A stretch of DNA of 64,000 nt from assembly GCF_009914755.1 (NCBI RefSeq), contig NC_060936.1; one strand, written 5' to 3'. Shown here piece by piece: positions 53,303-64,000 of the stretch. The position numbers were made by a program, and so were the translations under genes. Below the pieces are notes generated by a model. It saw only the letters and a program-made list of their open reading frames with translations. It was not told where the DNA came from and did not search any database. Positions within the stretch are counted from its first letter, which is position 1. Every line of letters starts with the position of its first letter. The stretch is from the human T2T-CHM13v2.0 reference genome, Homo sapiens.

Positions 53303-55571
53303 TGATATGGTTAGGTTTTGTGTCCCCACCCAAATCTCATCTTTAATTGTAATCCCCAGGTGTTGAGGGAGAGACCTGGTGGGAGGTGATTGAATCATGA
53401 GGGCAGTTTCCCCTATGCTGTTCTCATGATGGCAAGTGAGTTCTCATGAGACCTGATGGTTTTATAAGGGTCTCTTCCCCTTCACTTCTCTCTCTCTTTC
53501 TGGTTGCCTTGTGAAGAATGTGCCTGCTTCTCCTTCTGCTGTGATTGTAAGTTTCCTGAGGCCTCCCCAGCCATGTGGAACTATGAGTCAATTAAACCTC
53601 TTTCCTTTATAATATAAATTACCTAGTCTCGTGTATTTATAGTAGTGTGAAAATGGACTAGTACAGTAAATTGGTACTGCAGAGAGTGGGATACTGCTAT
53701 AAAGTCACCTGAAAATGTGAAAGTGACTTTGGAACTGGGTAACAGGCAGAGATTGGAACAGTTTGGAGGGCTGTTCCAAAGACAGGAAGATGTGGGAAAG
53801 TTTGGAACTTCTGAGAAACTTGTTGAATGGTTTTAACCAAAATGCTGATAATGAGGTGGATGATGAAATCCAGGCTGAGGTGGTCTCAGATGGACATGAG
53901 GAACTTCATGGGAACTGGAGCAAAAGTCATTTTTACTATGCTTTAGCAAAGGTACTGGAGACATTTTGCCCCTGCCCTAGGGATCTGTGGAATTTTGAAC
54001 TTGAGAGAGATGATCTGAAATTGGAACTTATGTTTAAAAGGGAAACAGAGCATAAAAGTTTGAAAACTTTGCAGCCTGACTATGTGATAGAAAAGGAAAA
54101 TCCATTTTTCTGGGAAGAAATTTAAGCTGGGTGCAGAAATTTTCATAAGCAAAGAGGAGCCAAATGTTAATTGCCAAGACAATGGGGAAAATGTCTCCAG
54201 GGCATGTAAGAGATCTTGGTAGCAGATCCTCCCATCACAGGCCCAGAGGCTTAGGAGGAAAAAATGGTTTTGTGGGCCAGTCCCAAGGCCTCCCTGCTCT
54301 GTGCAGGCTCAGAACTTGGTACCCTGTGTCCCAGGTGCTTCACCTCCAGCCATGGCTAGAAGGGGCCAAGGTACAACTTGGGCTGTTGCTTCAGAGGCTG
54401 CAAGCCCCAAGCCTTGGCAGCTTCCATGTGGTGTTGGACCTGCAGGTGCACAGAAGTTAATAATCGAGGTTTGGAGCCTCCATGTAGATTTCAGAGAATG
54501 TATGAAAATGCTTGGATGTTTCCAAGCAGACATCTGCTGCAGGGGTGGAGCCCTCATGGAGAACTCCTACTAGGGCAATGCAGAAGGGCAATGTGGGGTT
54601 GGAGCCCCCACGCAGAGTCCTCACTGGGGTACTGCCTAGTGGATCTGTGAGAGGAGGGCCATTGTCCTCCAGACTGATCCCAGAATGGTCATTGTCCTCC
54701 AGGCCCCAGAATGGTAGATCCATTGGCAGCTTGCACCATCCACCTGGAAAAGCTGCAGATACTTAATGCTAGCCTGTGAAAGCAGCCAAGAGGGGAGGTG
54801 TACCCTGCAAAGCCACAGGGGCAGAGCTGCTCATGCTCACGTTTTATGTCAGCATGACCTGGATGTGACACATGGAGTCAAAGGAGATCATTTTGGAGCT
54901 TTAAGTTAATAATTACCCTGTTGGATTCCAGACTTGCGTGAAGCTTGTAGCCCCTTTGTTTTGGCCAATTTCTCCCTTTTGGAATGGGAGAATTTACCTA
55001 ATGCCTGTACCCTCGTTGTATCTTGGAAGTAACTAACTTGCTTTTAACTTTATAGGCTCCTAGGTGGAAGGGACTTGCCTTGTCTCAGATGAGACTTTGG
55101 ACTTGGACTTTTGGGTTAATGCTGGAATGAATTAAGACTTTGGGGGACTGTTAGGAAGGCATGATTGGTTTAGAAATGTGAAAGAAATGAGATTTGGGAG
55201 GGGTTGGGGCAGAATTATATGGTTAGGCTTTGTGTCCCCACCCAACTCTCATCTGGAATTGTAATCCCCAGGTGTTGAGGGAAAGACCTGATGGGAGGTG
55301 ATTGAATCATGGGGATGGTTTCCCCCATGCTGTTCTTGTGATATTGAATGGGTTCTCACAAGATCTGATGGTTTCATAAGGGACCCTACCCCCTTTGCTC
55401 ACTCTATCTCCTGCCACCTTGTGAAGAAGTTGCCTGTTTCCCCTTCTGCCATGATTGTAAGTGTGAGGCCTCCCCAGCCATGTGGAACTGGGAGTCAATT
55501 AAACCTCTTTCCTTTATAAATTACCCAGTCTCGAGTATTTCTTTATAGCACTGTGAAAATGGACTACTACA
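53303..55571 (+). mobile_element. Full-length THE1D-like MaLR (5' LTR 53303-53665, internal 53666-55214, 3' LTR 55215-55571)
   Basis: Paired LTRs; internal start gtaaattggtac; MaLR internal ORF remnant 53763 (EDR/KMWESLEL-type, FCPCPRDLWNFELERDDL); PPT gggaggggttggggcagaa; perfect TSD ggagt at 53298-53302 and 55572-55576. Confidence 0.95.
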
Positions 55572-55630
55572 GGAGTATTGGCTGCTGTTTGTTCCTATAT
55601 GATAATTCCCCTTGACCAAAGAAATCTGTC

Positions 55631-56018
55631 TGTATGAGTCCATTTTCTGCTGCTTATAACAGAATACTGAAACTGGGTAATTTATAAAGAAAAAGAATTT
55701 ATTTCTTATGGAAGTTGAGAAGTCCAAGGTCGAGGGGCCACATCTAATGAGGGCCTTCTTGCTGGAGGGGACTCTCTGTAGAGTCCCAAAGTGGTGCAGG
55801 GCATCACATAGTGAGAGGGCTGAGCATGCTACTCGTGTTTCTCTTCCTCTTTGTATAAAGTCACCAGGCTCACTCCCATGATAACCCATTAATCTGTTCA
55901 TAAGGGTAGAGCCATTATGACCCAATCACCTCTTAAAGTCTCCACCTCTCAACACTGCCACATCATGGATTACATTTCAACATAAGTTTTAGAGGGGATA
56001 AATATTCAAACCATAGCA
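55631..56018 (-). mobile_element. MSTB1-like solo LTR
   Basis: tgtatgagtccattttctg...actgggtaatttataaag...attcaaaccatagca; near-TSD ctgtc / atgtc. Confidence 0.88.
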
Positions 56019-57122
56019 ATGTCATTCAAGAGTGCACCTCTTCCCCTGATGTAGGTCACATCCAGTGGCTGGCAGATGTAGGTGAAAAGGTGCGGCCCCT
56101 TTGCCTTCATGGGCATAACTCTGAAGGGCCAGCCCAGCCCCAGAGCTTCCCATGGGATCTGCTGAAGCCTTTGTTGTAACTACATAAAACATCAACTTCT
56201 CATTTTGACTAATGTTGTTTCCCTGTCTCCCTCCTATGTATTGTTCTCATGTGTAATCATCATCAAGAAATATCACACTCCCAGCATTTTTCCTGCACAC
56301 AAATCTTCATCTCAGCATCTCTTTCCCAGGGCAACTGACTTAAGACAGAACCTAAAGCAAGTGACCTGTAGTCTTGGGCTTAATTCTAGCACATCGAGAT
56401 ACATATATATTTACATGTCAACTATGTGTATATTACAAGGTCTTTATGCATGGGCTGAATTATGTAATTTTTTAAAAAGATAACTGTAGTTGCTAATAAG
56501 TGAGTAAAAGTAATAGTATATTCACTGTTAACAGTAACAGCCATTTTAACTTCTTTTACTTCTAGGCAAAACCCCCTGATCCCAGGTCTTGTTTTCATAT
56601 TGCTTCCCTCTAGGGTGTGTTATAGGATACTTAATAGTTATGTTGATCATCATTGCAGCCTACCTCTTTTGAAGGCTTTGAAGGAAGTAACCTATGAACA
56701 TAAATCTTTTTTTTTTTGTTATTTTGGCAGCAGGAAATATGATAGGTGAATTTACAACAAATATAGAGGATCAAAATATACTATTAGACACTTTTATATT
56801 AAAAGATGGAATTGCTCTCAAGACTTTCCCCATCTGGACTCTCAGAGGAGGATTTTAGCATAGAGATATTTGGATGTTTCTACCCTGAAAATATTGGCCT
56901 GATTTGGGTGACAGCATCTTCCTAATAAGGAAGGCATTGAATAAGTAATAGCTACCTTGGAATACTATGATTCTAAGCTCTCTAGTCTTTTGAAAAAGAA
57001 AGGAATGTGATTCAGTAGAAACAGCACTGGATGGAAGCTGCCACTGATTTCTTTTATGACCCTGAGTAGGCAACTTAATTTTTTTGTGCTTTTTTTTCTT
57101 TGTCTGTGAAAAAGGTAACTGG

Positions 57123-57480
<358 letters not shown>

Positions 57481-59079
57481 CTAGTTCCATAATTATGTGT
57501 TCAGTTTATTTTCCAATCAACAAATTATTTCTTGGTTTTAGAGAGTTGTCTTTTGCATGCCACAAAGCATCAAATCATTACTTTTATTTTTTGTTTTCAT
57601 TATTTAGTAACCTGAAATCATTGTTATGAAAAACATGCGCAATTTTCTTTAGTTTATTAGATTAAATATTGTGCCATAAATATTTTATGTAAAGAAAAAT
57701 TCCAGGGGTTATTTAATATTTTGGTTTTAACCACTTACATGTAGATGAAGCTAGGTATAGAACATTCCTAGTTACAACAATAGCATATTTAAAAAAATGT
57801 GAGTTCTTGGGGGAATAATGAATGTTTTGTATGACTAGAGCTTAGGGAAGTTTTAGAAATCTGGCAAGAAATATGACTAGAATGTAGCCACAGGCCAGAT
57901 TATGAAAGACAAAAAGACGTTTCCAGGGTGCCCATGTCACTTTCTCTGCTGTCAGTGGAAGAACACAGGGGAGGGAAGCAGTTAGTCAAGGGAGTAAAAC
58001 TGGAAGTGAAGTAGAATAGATGAAGAAGGCAAAAGGAGGAAGTGAAATCAAACTACTTCCTTTTTCCTTCGTCTTAAACTCCACTTGTATACAGAAACTG
58101 AAAAGAGGGACCTGAATTTCTTCCCTGATTGGAAGATAATATTTGTGTAATTTATTTAAAAATGCAGAAACTGATAACATTTATTTTTCAGGATTTTTAA
58201 AGTAAAAACGTTTATTTTATTGTTATTATTGTATATGCTTGGCCATGGCCAGGCTTTTAGAGCCTTCTATGAACTCTGTACATGAACAATCTGAACTCAT
58301 TGTCCACCTTTCTTTTAATCTGAGCAGTCCCCTTAAATTTCAGGAATATTATTATTTTCAGAGTACAGCCTGTGTGCCACAATTTGCCATTTAATAACAT
58401 TCCCTTGAATAGATGAATGACATTTTGTATTTGTTAAAGGACTTACTAAACACTTACTGGTTGCCTGAAATCACACCAAAATAAATGTAAATTGTGCTTT
58501 TAAATTCCATTGGCAAGAAAGAAGGCTAAAAATACTATATTTTCTGGAAAATACAAAGTGACGGGTCTTGTCTTAAATAAGTATTAATCATATTAGTATC
58601 AAATTGCTAAGCACATCTTTAGAGAAAAATTGTTTAGTGAGATAACTGATATTTGCCATGGTATAAATTTCCATTAGCGCTCAGCCCATCAGGTAATACA
58701 TTTTCTCTTGCAGCTTTAGCTGAAAGTGTCTAATTGCGGGCAAATAATATTCTCAACATGGTAAGCTTCAGAAGAAATACAAAAAAACCCCAGCAGAAAT
58801 GCAACTAAACTTTGGCTTTTCCAAGGAAGCTTTGGAAATAATTCTTCAAATATGTCAGCCTTAAATGTTTCTAATGGAAGTGTGGGTGGGAAAGAGGGGA
58901 AAAGATGCAAGAGAGTAAATGCTGGGTTACCTTTCAGAAAAAAGATAATCTATTATGAGGAGAACATTGACTTGAGCTTACAGCAAAACAATTTTGGTCC
59001 ATTCTTTACATGTCTTTTACAAATATCTTATCCTCTTTGATCTTCATTTTTCTCCTCTGTAAATGTGAATAATGGTAAC

Positions 59080-59671
59080 TGTGGAAGACAAAATAATACT
59101 CTCCTCACCAGAAGATGCCAATATTCTAATCGCTGGAACCAGTGAATATTACTTTACACAATAAAAGCACTTCTGTAGATGTGATTAAAAATATGCATCT
59201 TGAGATGGAAAGATTATGCTTGATTAAGTGGGCCCAATCTGATTACATGAGCCCTTAAAGGTGGAGAATTTTTCCTAGATGGAATCAGAAATATGCTAGG
59301 ACAGATGAAGTAGGAGAGATTTGAAGCATGAGAGAGATTCCTCCTAATGTTCTGGCTTTGATCGGGGGATGAAGCCACGAGCCAAAGAATGTTGCAGCCA
59401 CTAGATGCTGCAATGGCTCTCAGCTGACAGCCAGCAGGAAAATGAAGACCTTTGTCCTACAACTGCAAGGAACTGAATTCTACCAATAACCTGAATGAGC
59501 TGGGAAACAGATTCTCCCCTAGGGCCTCTGGACAGAAAAATATCCCTGTTGACACTATGGCTTTAGCCTGGTGAAACTCTTGGATTTCTAATTTACAGAA
59601 ATAAGAATTAAATAAATTTGTTATTTAATCCACTATGGTCATTTGTTTAGTAGCAATAGAAAACTCATAGA
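59080..59671 (+). mobile_element. MLT1D/E-like solo LTR inside a MIR
   Basis: gtagatgtgattaa, gtgggcccaatctgattacatgagcccttaaa, caactgcaaggaactgaattctaccaataacctgaatgagc, gcaatagaaaact. Confidence 0.85.
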
Positions 59672-60550
59672 ACAACTCTATCTCACAGAGTTGTGTGATA
59701 ATTTGTATAAAGTGTGCAGTCCATTGTAAAATACTATATGCAGGCTAATTGTTATCATTGATGCTCTCAGTATCATCATGTTCTATTCTGCTTCTGAACT
59801 GCCAACCTTTAAAATGCCACTCTTAGAAAATAATAACTACTATTTACTGAGCATCTACTATGTGCAAGATATTCAACATTTGCCATATAATTTCATCTGT
59901 ATGAAATGAGATAGAATGCATTAGGTCATTTTACATATATGCTACCTGACAAAAAATTTGACCTTGTTGGATTTTATAAGATTTATATCTCTATCTGTCT
60001 TAAGGATAACAGTGTGGGAAAAGTTTAGAAATGTAGCTCCAGTCAATGACAAAGTGCTAGGAGAAAGTTATAAGTTTGCGTTCTTTCCTCTTTTTTGATT
60101 ACTGCAGATGAAAATTAAAATAGAAACTATCAGAGAAAGAAATGCAGCATTTGAAGTGATTAAATGTAAGCTATTATCCAGTAGTGTTCATGAAAATATG
60201 CAAAGTTTACCTTTAGATATTGGCTTTAGAAGATCTCTCCTGCTGAACTGTGGACTGTGATCAGACACAGGCCCCAGTGAGCTGTCTACTGTGTGAGCAT
60301 TTTGTTTGATGGGAGGAATTGAAGAAGTATGCTCAGTTTGAAAACGAGTCTTAAGGTACAAGGCTTTGAGTCGTGACATCTCAAACATATCTCCATGGAC
60401 AAAAATATTCTTTGAAAATTAATTGAAGACGCTCAGCTCCATGCTTGGATATATGCTTCCAAAACAGCTACAGCCTTCAGTGATGTTCTTTCATGTAGTC
60501 AGAATAAAACTGTTTTTGGCAGGGAGAGGATGCTAGAAATGGCAGGTCAC

Positions 60551-60584
60551 AGGAAGGTAAGCAAATAAGGAAGGTAAGCAAATA
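60551..60584. repeat. Perfect 17-bp tandem duplication
   Basis: aggaaggtaagcaaata x2. Confidence 0.95.
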
Positions 60585-62234
60585 TTCTGGATTACTTAAT
60601 GATTTTGATGCTATTTCGCACATTTAAAGGATGATGTCAGTGGAACATACGCTTTAAGAATTTCTGTAAAAATTTTGAGTATCTGCATCCTTGTTCATCA
60701 ACTCTCTTTCTGATACAATATGTTTGTCTGAGTTTGTGGATAGAGGCTGTGACTTTGGAATAAAATTTCTTGACTGGACAAAGTTAAAGAAAACACATGC
60801 AAACACTCATGACCTTAGTTCCAGGGCTGGCCTTAGCCAAAGCTGTTAAGTAGGCAGATTTTCGTTTTTCCAAGACTCTATACTTCTCTATTCTCTGCCC
60901 TCTCCTCCATTTCAAAATCTTCCATTGCCAGACACCAAAGTCTTTGTCTTCATGATGTTTAATGATCTAATTTACCTTGGTCTATTATAGACATAGCTGA
61001 GGATGTTTGCATTTTAATGGAGCATTTAGTAGGTGTAGTTATTTCAAAGGAGATTTCTAATGGTAGCATGACCACATTTATGGGTAAAGATGTCTTCTTG
61101 GAGCCTCTCAAAAAGATATCAATTAACAACCAGTTGCTATTTCATTTCACTGTCCTTTTTCCCTCAGCCCAGGTGGTGGGTGCAGCTAAGTTCCCTGGGC
61201 ACTAGTTGCTAGTTGTTCAATAGGAACCACCCATATTTATGTTTTCTAGTCACAATCAACATCTCACTAGGGCTGTGAGTGAAAGAAACAGATTTAACTC
61301 ATATGTGTTAAACATTTAAATCCGTGTTTACAATTAGTCCCACAAAACCTACACTATTATAAGAAATATGGCAAAAGTGCTATCTTAAGGCCCTTGAGCC
61401 ACTGTTTTCTGTAGAGAAGTGTGGATTATACCTACCCATCAATATAAGACTGGTTATCAGGCTGATACTAATGGTTCGTGTTTAGTACATATTTGTTGAA
61501 CAGACCAAGGATTTGGACCCTGGGACAAGACACATAGGAGGATCAGGAAAATGGTGCTAATTTCTTATATAAGAACTATTAGTGATTGATAGAAGCCTAT
61601 GAGACATGATTTTTCAAGTCTGTGCTGGAAAAAAGAGTGTTTTACATGAGGGCAGAAGATTTGGAATGTTGTCTCTTCACCTATCCGTTCCAGATCATCA
61701 CTATCTCATAGGTTTGAGTTATTTTTGTATCCTAAATGTCCTTATGCTGCTTTGAAAGATCCTAACTAACCCTACACCTCAGGGAAGACTGGAAAAGAGA
61801 GACTGATTTGTCGGGGGCATTCTTTCTTCTCAGGCTGGGTAAATCCACGATTTCCTGCTTTTCCTGGGGGAAAGAATTAAACTCTCATCACTATTGATAA
61901 GGTACAAATTTAGCATTCTGTTTTGGATCCACTAATATTTAACTGACTGTGTCACACCAATGTCAATGCTAGAGAAAGCCTTGTAGGTATTTGGATTCTT
62001 TAGCCAGGATACAATTAAAATATCACTCAGATAATTTAGCATTTCATGCTAAGTGTGACCACAATGACAGCTGCATTGCATGGTATAAGTCTTAGAGTCA
62101 TTGTAGACCCTTCACATATCATTCATCACTTAAATATTAATGATTTTACCTCTCACATATTTCTTATATACAGCCCTTTCTCTATAGTCCTGTTGCTAGT
62201 TGCTCCAGTTCAAGCTCTTATCATTCTAATTTTT

Positions 62235-63245
<1,011 letters not shown>

Positions 63246-63288
63246 AGAGGAGGCCCTCCTCATTTTTCGCCAAAATTATGTGATCCCT

Positions 63289-63707
63289 CTGTGCTGTATA
63301 TTGATGGTTAGTCCCACTGCATTTCCTTCCTTCCCTTCTCCATTCTGCTTTGGGCTTACTAGGTTCACTGGGGTGGACTATGTCAGTCTGGTCCTCTGGT
63401 GTCTGGTTGGGTTAGTCAAGGGGGAGTCAGTCCTGCAGGAGATCTGAAAAGGGTGAAGAATGAGGTCCAGGGCTATTTCCACTTAGTTTCCTCCCCATAG
63501 TTTACCCTCCTCTAGGACATGCTCTGTTCCTCAATGGAAGGTCAGGCAGACCATCTCTCAGGCTGAAGCTCTGGGTTTTGTAACTGCCTCCACCCTTTGT
63601 TTGCTTCAAGATTAAGGATTGAAAAAACATCCCTTGTAGTTTCCCTACACTCTTTACATTCTTCCCAAACCTTTGTAAACTCTCTTCACGTTTCCCAATT
63701 TGAATGT
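63289..63707 (+). mobile_element. LTR33-like ancient ERVL LTR
   Basis: gcaggagatctg...gaatgaggtc; acctttgtaaa...cccaatttgaatgt resemble recalled LTR33. Confidence 0.5.
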
Positions 63708-64000
63708 TGTATTGGGCTGTCCCTCTGTTGCTATAAAGAAATACCTGAGACTGGGTAATTTATTTTATTTTTATTTATTTATTGATTGATTTTTAAAATT
63801 TTATTATTATTATACTTTAAGTTTTAGGGTACATGTGCACAACGTGCAGGTTTGTTACATATGTATACATGTGCCATGTTGGTGTGCTGCACCCATTAAC
63901 TCGTCATTTAGCATTAGGTATATCTCCATTTATAAGAAAAGAGGTTTAGTTGGCTTATGGTTCTGCAGGCTGTACAGGAAGCATACCATTCATCTGCTTC
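63708..64000 (-). mobile_element. MSTA-like LTR (runs off the window end)
   Basis: gctataaagaaatacctgagactgggtaattt...aagaaaagaggtttagttggcttatggttctgcaggctgtacaggaagcat. Confidence 0.9.
63764..63927 (-). mobile_element. Very short, young L1PA2/3-like 3' end inserted in the MST LTR
   Basis: tatactttaagttttagggtacatgtgcacaacgtgcaggtttgttac...tttagcattaggtatatctcc; TSD atttat at 63758-63763 and 63928-63933. Confidence 0.92.

Larger units (their letters stand above)
51346..56347 (+). mobile_element. Ancient LTR16/ERV3-16A3-like deleted provirus (5' LTR ~51346-51830; 3' LTR ~53226-56347 split by THE1D and MST)
   Basis: Both LTRs share cagctg..gggagt, aac(c/t)ctgaaggg(t/c)ca...ccagagct, and a caa(t/a)...catct...ttcc(t/c)aggg end; internal start cagtgccagga; near-TSD aaacc (51341-51345) / gaacc (56348-56352). 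Confidence 0.7.

Noticed and set aside
53763-54871. Cluster of 80-120 aa ORFs in GC-richer DNA
   Set aside because: Decayed MaLR internal region and its alternative frames

Overview
AT-rich, repeat-dense primate (most likely human) intergenic or intronic DNA. I found no intact protein-coding gene and no CpG island; most longer ORFs in the track come from repeats or a pseudogene. Main contents: (1) a ~6.7 kb decayed L1MA1/2-type LINE-1 that split a MER33 and carries two nested Alus; (2) a complete processed pseudogene of MRPL2 with poly(A) and a 15-bp TSD; (3) a U6 snRNA-L1 3' chimeric retrocopy ~165 bp downstream of it; (4) two L1 3' fragments stacked at one target site in an MLT1 LTR (triple TSD); (5) an MLT2/ERV-L provirus with a 5-bp TSD, an internal pol deletion and a complex inverted duplication at its 5' LTR; (6) an old LTR16/ERV3-16A3-like provirus with a nested full-length THE1D MaLR and an MST LTR; (7) many Alu, L1M, L2, MIR, MER58, MADE1 and simple repeats. 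I see no evidence of a new biological system. The best leads are structural fossils of retrotransposition and repair, plus a speculative THE1D-LTR-driven spliced non-coding transcript. Subfamily names come from recalled consensus sequences and need RepeatMasker/Dfam confirmation; boundaries of old repeats are approximate.
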